Origin: an archaeon | Lineage (GTDB): Archaea > Iainarchaeota > Iainarchaeia > Iainarchaeales > 0-14-0-20-34-12 | Assembly: GCA_038046645.1 (NCBI GenBank) | Contig: JBBSVU010000016.1 | Location: 652 to 64,651 of the forward strand | Reading direction: 5' to 3' | DNA length: 64,000 nt | In this document: positions 38,196-46,964 of the stretch, piece by piece | Layout: every line of letters starts with the position of its first letter | How positions within the stretch are numbered: position 1 is the first letter of the stretch | The notes under the pieces: generated by a model | Told to the model about the DNA's origin: nothing | Seen by the model: only the letters and a program-made list of their open reading frames with translations | The model's database searches: none | Made by a program: the position numbers and the translations under genes

Positions 38196-38641
38196 ATGAT
38201 CTTCACCACATCCCCTAATATAAAATTGAATAAAATTAACACAGTGAAAAACCAGCCTTCTTCAACCCAAATTAATTTATCCTTAAATTTAGGGTCATCC
38301 TCTGCAAATTTCATTAATGAAATTTCACCAAGATAATACAGTGAAAGAAATGCTGCAACATAGGTTACCATTCCAGAAACATTTGTCATGTCCATTGTAA
38401 ACCAAGGGACCAGCATCAATATGACAAATCTGCTTGCTACTTTCTTGCCTTCATAGAAGATATGCGCTAAAGCAAAGAATGCAAAACCCCAGCCTAAATT
38501 GTTTAATATGAATTCAGTGATCCAAGCACTGTCAAATTGCAAAAGATGATATGTAAATTCAACTATCATACATATATTGCGTGTTTGGCAGATATAATCC
38601 CATTTAGCATATTTTGAGCTAAAACTACAATTTTTAAACAA
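38192..38641 (-). CDS. Membrane protein (about 4 TM)
   Basis: Hydrophobic segments present. The real start may be the internal Met of 'MIVEFTY'. Confidence 0.5.
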   Translation of the reverse strand: MFKNCSFSSKYAKWDYICQTRNICMIVEFTYHLLQFDSAWITEFILNNLGWGFAFFALAHIFYEGKKVASRFVILMLVPWFTMDMTNVSGMVTYVAAFLSLYYLGEISLMKFAEDDPKFKDKLIWVEEGWFFTVLILFNFILGDVVKII

Positions 38642-38664
38642 ATTGTTACATATTTAGCTTATAT

Positions 38665-39759
38665 ATGTCTGAAAAATTGAGCCAAACTAATGAAAAATCA
38701 AGTAATGATTTACTTGCGCTCGATGCTTATGATCGAAAATTGATTTATTATTATTCAAAAAACTGCCGTTTGCCATTAAATAAATTAGCAAAGCTTGTTG
38801 GCAGGTCTAAAGATACAATAAAATATAGGATTGAGCGCTTTAAAAAAGAAGGAATATTGCAAGGAAGTACTATTGTAATAGACCCAATCCTTTTAGGCCA
38901 TGAATTCTTTCAGGTTTATCTTAAATTTCAAAATCTGACTTTAGAAAAAGAACTGGATATTGTAACTCATCTTTCAAATTTTCGGGCAAATAATGTTGTG
39001 ATGAAAACATCCGGTTTGTGGGATATGTATATTTTGCTTGATGCTGGGCACGCAATGCAGTTCGGTGATTTTTTGCAGCACATAAGGAATTACTGCGGAG
39101 ATTATCTGAAAGATTTTTTATTCTTGATTGAATCAAAAGAGTATTTGTTTACAAATATCCCAAAAATAATCTTCAAGGATTTGAAAATTGATAATTTTAT
39201 CTATGAAAAGGAAGATTCTTCTTTTCAGAAACAATTGCAGTACATAGGAACAGAATTTCAGCACGCAGAATCAGTCAAGGTAAATGATAAAGAACTGCAA
39301 TTATTTAAGGAAATGGACGATAACATTCAGATTGAACTTAAGGACCTTGCATCAAAATTAAGTCTGTCCTTATTCCAAACAAAATCCGTGATAAAATCCC
39401 TGATTGGAAAAAAAGCTCTTAATGCATTCTGGCCTACTTTTAATCTTTCAAGATTAGGGCTTGAATATTATATTGTTTTCATCCAGACGAATAATATTTC
39501 AAAAGAACTAGACAAAAAACTGAAAGAATATTTTATGAATCAACTGAATCTGATGCGCGCAGTTCGCACAATCGGGAATTATGACATTACTTTGTTTGTT
39601 GCTGTTTACAATCTTCCCGAGCTTTATGGAATAATGAAGGATTTAAGGTTAAAATTCCCGGATTTAATCAAAAATTATGAGTCATTTATTGTAGAAGAAG
39701 ATATTCATTTCAAGGCAGGTACAACATTCTGTGCTGTTGAAAAAGGTGAAGTTTTATGA
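38665..39759 (+). CDS. Tandem-duplicated Lrp/AsnC-like regulator
   Basis: Two HTH units ('DAYDRKLIYYYSKNCRLPLNKLAKLVGRSKDTIKYRIERFKKEGIL' and 'ELQLFKEMDDN..IELKDLASKLSLSLFQTKSVIKSL'), each followed by a RAM-like segment. Confidence 0.6.
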   Translation: MSEKLSQTNEKSSNDLLALDAYDRKLIYYYSKNCRLPLNKLAKLVGRSKDTIKYRIERFKKEGILQGSTIVIDPILLGHEFFQVYLKFQNLTLEKELDIVTHLSNFRANNVVMKTSGLWDMYILLDAGHAMQFGDFLQHIRNYCGDYLKDFLFLIESKEYLFTNIPKIIFKDLKIDNFIYEKEDSSFQKQLQYIGTEFQHAESVKVNDKELQLFKEMDDNIQIELKDLASKLSLSLFQTKSVIKSLIGKKALNAFWPTFNLSRLGLEYYIVFIQTNNISKELDKKLKEYFMNQLNLMRAVRTIGNYDITLFVAVYNLPELYGIMKDLRLKFPDLIKNYESFIVEEDIHFKAGTTFCAVEKGEVL

Positions 39760-39763
39760 TTGC

Positions 39764-40042
39764 TCAATCTTTACTTTGTTTGTACCATCTCTCATATTGT
39801 TTGTGATTTCCAACAAAATGTATTTCCTTTACTTTTTCTTTTTCATTTATTTTAATAACAATACGATATTGCCCTGCTTCAATAACATAAAAGTCTAATC
39901 CGTGCTTAAGATGCCTGGTTTTTGTTTCTTCTTTCTGTTTTTGTATTTTGTTCCAGATTGATTCTCTTGCTGTTTTATCCATCTTTGCAAAGTATATGTC
40001 CCAATCATGGAAAAAAGATATTTTGTATCCCATAGGGGTCAC
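39764..40042 (-). CDS. RelE/ParE-family toxin
   Basis: 'FAKMDKTARESIWNKI' and 'YVIEAGQYRIVIKINEKEKVKEIHFVGNHKQYERW'. Confidence 0.7.
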   Translation of the reverse strand: MTPMGYKISFFHDWDIYFAKMDKTARESIWNKIQKQKEETKTRHLKHGLDFYVIEAGQYRIVIKINEKEKVKEIHFVGNHKQYERWYKQSKD

Positions 40043-40288
40043 TTACTTGAATCCATACTTTTTCTTTACTTCTTCTTCTGTCAGATATTTTTGGTTTTTC
40101 TTTTTCATTTGTTTGTCCTGTTTTAAGATTTTCCTTGCAACCAGATCCAGTTCTGATGCACTTAAATCATCCAGGATATGATATTCTTTTCCCAATTCTA
40201 AAATTCCTGCCCTTATTGCTTCGGTTTTTGTCTTGAAATAACCTTTTGCAATTAAGATGCTGAGAACATCTTCAGGGACACCTTCCAT
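40043..40288 (-). CDS. RHH-type antitoxin
   Basis: 'YFKTKTEAIRAGILELG'. Directly abuts the toxin start. Confidence 0.6.
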   Translation of the reverse strand: MEGVPEDVLSILIAKGYFKTKTEAIRAGILELGKEYHILDDLSASELDLVARKILKQDKQMKKKNQKYLTEEEVKKKYGFK

Positions 40289-40319
40289 TTTGATTAGAGT
40301 TTCTATATTCCCACCTTAT

Positions 40320-40338
40320 TGTATATTTAGTATACAAA
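40320..40338. promoter_or_regulatory. Palindrome upstream of the antitoxin-toxin pair
   Basis: ttgtata-tttag-tatacaa, about 32 nt from ATG 40288. Confidence 0.35.
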
Positions 40339-40420
40339 AAATATATAAATAATACGGATTTGCCTGATAAGTACTCGTCTAAATCCTATATATACTTTTC
40401 CCTCAGCTATTACCATATAT

Positions 40421-40541
40421 CACTCACAACGTTTGGCTTGCAACGCCCATGTATTTATCTATAAATAAAGTGATATTTACAAATTTAATACTGTGATTTG
40501 CAAGCCTATGCCTAGAGGCATAGGTTCCCAAACGTTGTGAC
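40421..40541 (+). repeat. Structured palindromic element E2 (121 nt)
   Basis: 13-bp outer stem 40424-40436/40528-40540. 7-bp inner stem 40437-40443/40498-40504. 8-bp tetraloop hairpin 40505-40524. Same 'cac...ttc-stem-c' frame as E1. Confidence 0.65.
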
Positions 40542-40565
40542 ATAATTATTTGAAGGGGGATTATT

Positions 40566-41624
40566 TTGGCACAAAAAAAGAAACCTGAAAAAGTTGCACA
40601 TAAGAAAATTGACACGCAAATAAAGACATTGAGGAAAGGCCTTGAGAAAGAAGTGTCTTTTGCTAAAAAAGTCAGCAAGGCAACAAAAGAGCATGATGAG
40701 GAGCTTGAGGTATTGAAAAACGAGCTTGAAAAATTGAAAGCCAAGAAAAAGCGAAGTTATCTTTCTGATTATAACAAGTTTATGCGCTCCCAGATAAAAT
40801 CAGGCAAGACATTTAAGCAAGCTGTTGCTTTATGGAAGAAAAAGAAGAAAGATGATGAAAGGAAATCAAAAGGTTCAAAAAGAACAGCTTATAATATTTT
40901 CATTTCTTCCCAGCTTAAGCAGGGAAAAACAATGAAGCAGGCGATTGCAGCATGGAATGATTTCAAGAGTGGAAAAGTAAAGAAAAGGATTGTTTACAAG
41001 AGAATTTTATCAAAACCAAAGGTGGTATACAGAAACAAGGTAGTATATCGTAATAGAAATAAGCTTGTTTACAGAAACAAAATAGTGCCAAAAATAGTTT
41101 ATAGGAACAGAGTTGTAAAAACCGATGTTCCAAAAGTAATCCGCCGTAAGAAAACTATAAAACCGGTTGTTCCAAAAGTAGTTCATCGAAAAAGGATAAT
41201 TAAACCAGTGGAAAAACCAGAACCAAAACATGTTTCAAGGATTAGGGTTGTGAGAAGAAATGTCTTCCCTACCGAAGAATTGGAAAGGGTTTTTCTGAAG
41301 TACAAGCCGGAAACGCACATAGTTGAAAAGGAAGTGTTCCCAGCTGAAAAAATAAAAGAAGTGCTTGATTCAGTAATGCACTCAAAGCCTGAAACAGTTG
41401 TGCATTATGCAGATGATGTTTCAGATGAAGAAACCGCTTTAAGGATGCTTGAGATATATCTTAAAGAAATAGCTTGGTCAAACCATAAAGATAAGCTGGA
41501 TGTTGACCAAATTATAAACACATATTTCTATGCGCTTTCAAGGATAAAAAGAAAGGATATAGAAATGCATAAAATTTTAGAAGCTCTGAATAAGGAAAGG
41601 ATTAGAAAGGTTGAGGGTGAATGA
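40566..41624 (+). CDS. Lysine-rich repeat protein (possible nucleic-acid-binding)
   Basis: TTG start 7 nt after 'GGGGGA'. Duplicated '(S/T)(D/A)YN.F..SQ.K.GKT.KQA.A.W' motif. '(V/I)VYRN(K/R)' occurs five times, and 'VPKV..RK..IKPV' twice. Confidence 0.6.
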   Translation: MAQKKKPEKVAHKKIDTQIKTLRKGLEKEVSFAKKVSKATKEHDEELEVLKNELEKLKAKKKRSYLSDYNKFMRSQIKSGKTFKQAVALWKKKKKDDERKSKGSKRTAYNIFISSQLKQGKTMKQAIAAWNDFKSGKVKKRIVYKRILSKPKVVYRNKVVYRNRNKLVYRNKIVPKIVYRNRVVKTDVPKVIRRKKTIKPVVPKVVHRKRIIKPVEKPEPKHVSRIRVVRRNVFPTEELERVFLKYKPETHIVEKEVFPAEKIKEVLDSVMHSKPETVVHYADDVSDEETALRMLEIYLKEIAWSNHKDKLDVDQIINTYFYALSRIKRKDIEMHKILEALNKERIRKVEGE

Positions 41625-41625
41625 A

Positions 41626-41862
41626 ATGCTGTCAGATGAAGAAGTTGCACAAAGATTAACCGCAATCTATTTTGAGGAGATTGCAAGAAGGGGTTTCAAA
41701 AGAACGCTTGATTTGGATTCAGTAATAAACACATACCTTTACATACTCTCAAAGCTGCAGAAGAAAGAGGCAATTTGTTTGAAGGTGGAAGAATCAGTGA
41801 AAGAGTTAGAAGCTGATTTGCCAAATGAAACAAGCGATGAATTATTTCCAAGCATAAAGTAA
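41626..41862 (+). CDS. Small protein paralogous to the C-terminal domain of 40566..41624
   Basis: 'LSDEEVAQRLTAIYFEEIARRGFKRTLDLDSVINTYLYILSKLQKKE' aligns with 'VSDEETALRMLEIYLKEIAWSNHKDKLDVDQIINTYFYALSRIKRKD'. 'GAGGGTGA' precedes the ATG. Confidence 0.55.
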   Translation: MLSDEEVAQRLTAIYFEEIARRGFKRTLDLDSVINTYLYILSKLQKKEAICLKVEESVKELEADLPNETSDELFPSIK

Positions 41863-41904
41863 GGAAAAAATTCTTACTTTTTTCTATTTTTTTATTATTT
41901 TTGG

Positions 41905-42939
41905 CTATGCCATATTTTTCAATGCAGAAGCCAGTATTTTTTTTGACAATTCATATTCCTTCAATGATACTCTCTCCTCCTTTGTATGATCCAGTTTTGA
42001 GTCTCCGGCTCCATATGCAAGGATAGGGCAATTCCATTCCCTGGCAAATATATTCATGTCACAGCTCCCGGTTTTTATCTTGTAGCTTGGGTTTAAGCCA
42101 TGCGAGCGTATTGCTGAAATAAATGCTCTTGCCAAGAAAGAATTTTTATCGGCTTTTACTGCATGCAATTCTTCTGATATTTCAATTTTGCAATCATTTT
42201 TATTTTGTGCCATCATGAATTCTCTGAATTTCACATACGGAAAATCCAAGGAAGTCCTTATGTCAATTTTTGCACCGCATTCCTCATATATTCCATCAGA
42301 GCTTGAATTGATTGCAATCAGCGATGCATTTGAATTGTTGAATGAAAGCTCTTTTTGTGTAAATCCCTCTTTTATTTGGTTGTAAAAATTTATTGCCGAA
42401 TCGCAGGCATTTTCATTTGCATGCCCTGTATGGAAAACCCCTTTTTTAGTTTCATAAATTAAAGAAATTCTGCCCCTGTATCCTATTGTTATTGCTGAAA
42501 CCCCTGATGGTTCTCCAATGATGCATGCATTCGGCTTTATTTGTTTTTTAAAAAAATGCGCCCCTTTTGATTTCGATTCCTCGCCAACACAGGCAGCAAC
42601 AATTATTTGATAATCCCGGGAATCTAAAAAATCAGCCGAGGATTCAACAAATGCGCATAATGAAGCCTTTGCATCAACGCTTCCCCTGCCATATAAAAAA
42701 CCATCAGAGATTTTTACAGGTAACTGCCCTTTTACGGTGTCAATATGCCCTGCCAGCACTATTTTCTTATTTCCCTTCCCAGCAATCCCTATTGCATTCC
42801 CTGCTTTATCCCTTTTTGCATCCAATCCGAGTTTTTTCATTTCATCAATAAGAAATGAAACAGCATTATTCTCATTCCCTGATTCACTTGGGATTGAAAC
42901 TAATTTTTCCAATAATTCATTCCTAATGTTATGGCTCAT
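41905..42939 (-). CDS. lysK: [LysW]-lysine hydrolase (ArgE/M20 family)
   Basis: M20 motifs 'LAGHIDTV' and 'GRGSVDAK'. Last gene of the lysW cluster. Confidence 0.75.
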   Translation of the reverse strand: MSHNIRNELLEKLVSIPSESGNENNAVSFLIDEMKKLGLDAKRDKAGNAIGIAGKGNKKIVLAGHIDTVKGQLPVKISDGFLYGRGSVDAKASLCAFVESSADFLDSRDYQIIVAACVGEESKSKGAHFFKKQIKPNACIIGEPSGVSAITIGYRGRISLIYETKKGVFHTGHANENACDSAINFYNQIKEGFTQKELSFNNSNASLIAINSSSDGIYEECGAKIDIRTSLDFPYVKFREFMMAQNKNDCKIEISEELHAVKADKNSFLARAFISAIRSHGLNPSYKIKTGSCDMNIFAREWNCPILAYGAGDSKLDHTKEERVSLKEYELSKKILASALKNMA

Positions 42940-44104
42940 TTAATCCACTTCTTACTTTTTCTGCAACCACATTTGCATATTCCTTTGTAAATGTCAATGG
43001 CGGCAAGAATCTCACAATTGTTTTCCCTGTAGGCATTGCAAGAACTCCGTTCTGCATCAGATTATTTAAAAGCCCATCATTCTTAACTTTCAATTCAAGT
43101 GCAATCATTAATCCTAAGCCGCGTGCTTCCCTAATTTTCTGGTTTTCAATTCCTTTTAATAAATCAACAAAGTATTTTCCAACAATTTCCGCATTTGACA
43201 AAAGATTTTTTTCTTCAATATGCTTTAATATTGCTAAAGAAACAGCACAGGCAAGCGGATTTCCGCCAAAGGTAGAGCCATGTGTTGCCTTTTCAGGGAT
43301 AAAATCTTCCCGCATTATTGTTGCCCCTATTGGATAGCCACAGCCCAAAATTTTTGCGCAGGTCATTATGTCAGCTTCAACATTGAAATGCTCGGAAGCA
43401 AACCATTTTCCTGTCCTTCCAAGGCCTGTTTGCACCTCATCAATTATCAATAAAGCATCATTTTTCACGCATATTTCCTTTACTGCTTTCAAATAATCCT
43501 TGTGCGGAATGATTACCCCGCTTTCCCCCTGAATAGGCTCAAGGATTACTGCTGCGGTTTCTTTGTTTACTGCTTTTTCCATTGCCTCAATATTATTATA
43601 GGGGATGTGCTCAAATTCGGGAACCAAAGGCTCAAATGGTTTTCTGTAATTTGGCTTCCATGTTGCAGACAACGATCCAAAAGTCCTTCCATGGAATGCC
43701 ATCATTGTTGAGATTATTTTTTTCTTCCCAGTAAACATCCTTGCGAATTTCAATGCAGCTTCCACAGATTCTGTCCCAGAATTGCATAGATATGTCCTTG
43801 ATAATTTTCCGGGCGCTATTGATGCAAGCTTTTCAAGAAGTTTGGTGCGAACATCATTGTAAAAAAGCTCAGAGCAGTCTATCATTATTTGTGACTGTTC
43901 AATCAAGGCATTTGTTATTGCAGGATTGCATCTCCCTATTCCCACAGAACCATGGCCTGCAAGGCAGTCGATGTATTCTTTCCCGTTTGCATCATATACT
44001 AGGCAATCCTTTCCCCTTACGAGCGCAAGGTTCCTTTTAGGATAAACGCCAGAAGTATATTTTTCCTCCAATTTTATAATATCTTCATTGCCCAATTGAT
44101 TCAT
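42929..44104 (-). CDS. lysJ: [LysW]-aminoadipate semialdehyde aminotransferase (class III)
   Basis: 'LIIDEVQTGLGRTGKWFA', PLP-lysine region 'DIMTCAKILG', and 'THGSTFGGNPLA'. Confidence 0.85.
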   Translation of the reverse strand: MNQLGNEDIIKLEEKYTSGVYPKRNLALVRGKDCLVYDANGKEYIDCLAGHGSVGIGRCNPAITNALIEQSQIMIDCSELFYNDVRTKLLEKLASIAPGKLSRTYLCNSGTESVEAALKFARMFTGKKKIISTMMAFHGRTFGSLSATWKPNYRKPFEPLVPEFEHIPYNNIEAMEKAVNKETAAVILEPIQGESGVIIPHKDYLKAVKEICVKNDALLIIDEVQTGLGRTGKWFASEHFNVEADIMTCAKILGCGYPIGATIMREDFIPEKATHGSTFGGNPLACAVSLAILKHIEEKNLLSNAEIVGKYFVDLLKGIENQKIREARGLGLMIALELKVKNDGLLNNLMQNGVLAMPTGKTIVRFLPPLTFTKEYANVVAEKVRSGLNEP

Positions 44105-44113
44105 TTTTTCCCC

Positions 44114-44911
44114 TCACATTTCAATTACTGTTGCATTGCCAGCATATGCTTCACTGATTGGGTTTTTTACGGAAGCTGAGGCAATTATTACCCTTTTAAC
44201 GCCATTCTGCAGCGCTTCCTTTGCCCCCAGCAATTTTATCTTCATCCGGTCTTTTGCAAATTCTTTTATCACTTTATCAATCTCGTCGAATTTTATTTTT
44301 TTGATCAAGCTGCCCTTGTCATTAATGTCTTTCAAAACCCCGGGCACATCACTCATTATTATCAATTCATCAGCATTCATTGCAGCAGCCACGATTGCAG
44401 CTGCCCTGTCTCCATCCACATTGACAGCATAATTATCATGGCTTATTGCCGGCGGGGTTAAAACAGGCAAATATCCTCCTTCAAGAAGCATTTTTATCAA
44501 TTGAACATTTACCTTTTCAACTTTGCCAGTCAAATCCCCATGCAAAACCATTTTCTTTCCGTTCTCGATTATTTTTATTGAATCCTTCCTTTTTGCCTCA
44601 AAAATCCTTCCTGAAATTCCGCTTAACCCAACAGCATTTACCCCCAATTTCTGCAATTTTGAAACAATCATTGAATTCATTTTTCCAACATAGGCCATCT
44701 GGAACAATTCCATTGTTTTTTCATCAGTTGCCCTGCTTGTATATCCTGAAACAGATTCAACGAATTTTGGTTTATGCCCCAATGCATTTGACAATCTGTC
44801 AAGCTCATCAGAGCCTCCATGCACAAGGACAAAATTTTTATGCTGCACCAAATCCTGCAGGAATGAATCATAATCTATTTTGTCGCTTCCCCCTATTTTA
44901 ACCACAAACAT
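44114..44911 (-). CDS. lysZ: [LysW]-aminoadipate kinase
   Basis: 'MFVVKIGGS' and 'LVHGGS'. ATG 44911 is preceded by a G-rich RBS; the track ORF extends to 44986, overlapping lysY. Confidence 0.8.
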   Translation of the reverse strand: MFVVKIGGSDKIDYDSFLQDLVQHKNFVLVHGGSDELDRLSNALGHKPKFVESVSGYTSRATDEKTMELFQMAYVGKMNSMIVSKLQKLGVNAVGLSGISGRIFEAKRKDSIKIIENGKKMVLHGDLTGKVEKVNVQLIKMLLEGGYLPVLTPPAISHDNYAVNVDGDRAAAIVAAAMNADELIIMSDVPGVLKDINDKGSLIKKIKFDEIDKVIKEFAKDRMKIKLLGAKEALQNGVKRVIIASASVKNPISEAYAGNATVIEM

Positions 44912-44933
44912 TTTCTTGCCCCCTTCCATTGAT

Positions 44934-45965
44934 TTATATTGGATGCAGGCCCATAAAACCAAGCCCTGTTTTTTCATTAAAGCCATGCATTATATTCATG
45001 CATTGCACAGCTTGGCCTGCCGAGCCCCTGCAAATATTGTCAATTGCTGACATTACAATCAATCTGCCATTTATCATATCCTTTTCAAAGCCTATGTCAC
45101 AAAAATTTGTTCCGCTTAGGAATTTGGGCTCAGGATATTTATGCAAGGTATTTTTCTCCTTCACAAACCTGACAAAAGGTTCCTTCCCATATCTTTGTAT
45201 GTACGCCTTCCAGACATCTTTTTCTTCATATTCCCCCTCTATGAATATATGGCAAGTGCTTAATATGCCCCGAACCATTTCGATTGCATGCGGCGTAAAT
45301 GATATTTTCTTGCCCTCTACATTTAATTCCTGAATCATTTCTGCAGTGTGCCTGTGCCCATATGGTTTGTAGCTTCTTACACAATCTCTTCTTTCTGGAT
45401 GGTGTGTTCCCAGATTATGGTCAAGGCCTGATGCAGCCGAGCCTATTTTTGAATCAATAATGATATTTGAAATCTTGAAATTCTCCACAATCGGCTTAAG
45501 CCCCAAAATTACAGATGTAGCTAGGCAGCCAGGCCCTGCAACATAGTCTGCTTTTTTTAATTCCTCGCGGTGCAATTCAGGCAAACCATAAACAGCATTC
45601 TTCAATCTTTCAGGAACAGGATGCTCATAATTATACCACTTAGGGTAATCATCCTTATTTTTTAATCTGAAATCAGAGCTCAAATCAATTATTTTATTTG
45701 CTTTATCCAAAAAAGTTTCCTGAAAATTCAATCCAATGCCGTGCGGCAATGCTGAAAATAAAACATCAGTTTTAGGAAGCTCATTTATTGAGGTAAATTT
45801 TAATGTTGTAGCTCCCCTTAAATTCGGGTGAATCTTCTCAACAGTTTTCCCTACCTCATCCTTCCCGCTTATCCCTATTACTTCAACCTCGGGATGCGCG
45901 AGCAATATTCTTAATAATTCTCCCCCGACATATCCCGAAGCCCCAACAATGCTAGCTGTAATCAT
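44934..45965 (-). CDS. lysY: [LysW]-aminoadipyl-phosphate reductase (ArgC family)
   Basis: 'IVGASGYVGGELLRIL' and active site 'VAGPGCLATS'. Confidence 0.85.
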   Translation of the reverse strand: MITASIVGASGYVGGELLRILLAHPEVEVIGISGKDEVGKTVEKIHPNLRGATTLKFTSINELPKTDVLFSALPHGIGLNFQETFLDKANKIIDLSSDFRLKNKDDYPKWYNYEHPVPERLKNAVYGLPELHREELKKADYVAGPGCLATSVILGLKPIVENFKISNIIIDSKIGSAASGLDHNLGTHHPERRDCVRSYKPYGHRHTAEMIQELNVEGKKISFTPHAIEMVRGILSTCHIFIEGEYEEKDVWKAYIQRYGKEPFVRFVKEKNTLHKYPEPKFLSGTNFCDIGFEKDMINGRLIVMSAIDNICRGSAGQAVQCMNIMHGFNEKTGLGFMGLHPI

Positions 45966-46798
45966 CTTTTCCCCTTCGCGATTAAATATTCAATAATTTT
46001 TTCAGGTATGTTTACGCCGGTAGGCAAAATACTATTCTTGAATTCCATATTGTGGTTTACCTCGTGCACAAGCAACCCATTTTCTGATTCCATTACATCA
46101 ATTGCCAATATTCCTGAACCAACTGCTTTTGCAGCCTTAATGCAAATCTCATTCAATTCATCATCAACCATGCAGTTTTCAGTCTTTCCGCCTCTTGCAG
46201 TATTTGTTATCCAATGGTCAGATTTTCTGTAAATTGCATAGATTGTTTCCTCGCCGATAACGCATGCCCTTATATCCCTGTCAGGCTTTTTTATCAATTC
46301 CTGAATGTAAAAAATTGAGTGAAGGTAATTTCCCAATGTTTTTTTGTGTTCAATCAATGCTTCTGCAGCATTCCTGTCATTTACTTTTGCCAGCAATCTC
46401 GCCCATGACCCAATAACCGGCTTCATTACACAAGGATAGCCGATCTCTTCAATAGCATTAAGTGCACTTTCCTCAGAAAAAGCAATAATTGTTTTTGGGG
46501 TTGGAACGTTGTTTTCTTTTAATGCTATTGAGGTCAATGCCTTGTCTCCGCATATCCTTATTGTGTCAAATGAATTCACAGTTTTTATTCCATAACTTTC
46601 AAGAAACCTGCTTGCATATAAGCTCCTTGAGAATGAAACATCCCTGTCCAGGACTATGTCATAATCCAATGATTTTTCAAGAGAGAACATCAACCCATCG
46701 GAATTTACATTCTCCAAAATGACATTCTTCCTTTTTGCTTCATCAAAAAGCAACATTTCCTCTTTCCTCAATTTTGACAACAACATTCCAATCTTCAT
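45962..46798 (-). CDS. lysX: LysW-alpha-aminoadipate ligase (RimK/ATP-grasp)
   Basis: ATP-grasp motifs 'YPCVMKPVIGSWARL' and 'GLLVHEVNHNMEF'. Lies adjacent to lysW. Confidence 0.85.
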   Translation of the reverse strand: MKIGMLLSKLRKEEMLLFDEAKRKNVILENVNSDGLMFSLEKSLDYDIVLDRDVSFSRSLYASRFLESYGIKTVNSFDTIRICGDKALTSIALKENNVPTPKTIIAFSEESALNAIEEIGYPCVMKPVIGSWARLLAKVNDRNAAEALIEHKKTLGNYLHSIFYIQELIKKPDRDIRACVIGEETIYAIYRKSDHWITNTARGGKTENCMVDDELNEICIKAAKAVGSGILAIDVMESENGLLVHEVNHNMEFKNSILPTGVNIPEKIIEYLIAKGKR

Positions 46799-46799
46799 T

Positions 46800-46964
46800 T
46801 TATTCCCCCCAGTCTTCTTCCTCTTTCGGGGCTTCTTTTAATGCAATTGGGTTTATGCTTGCAACTTCCAATTCTGTTCCGCATTGCGTGCATGTTACCA
46901 ATTCGCCCTTCAGTGTATTTTCACCTAACTCTATCCCACTGCTGCATACCGGACATTCTGCCAT
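46800..46964 (-). CDS. lysW: Amino-group carrier protein LysW (54 aa; below the ORF-track cutoff)
   Basis: Manual translation: MAECPVCSSGIELGENTLKGELVTCTQCGTELEVASINPIALKEAPKEEEDWGE*. Zn-ribbon CPxC...CxxC and the signature C-terminal 'EDWGE'. Confidence 0.9.
   Translation of the reverse strand: MAECPVCSSGIELGENTLKGELVTCTQCGTELEVASINPIALKEAPKEEEDWGE

Noticed and set aside
37807-38199. 130-aa plus-strand ORF
   Set aside because: It overlaps three co-directional minus-strand genes that show translational-coupling overlaps, and it has no motif.
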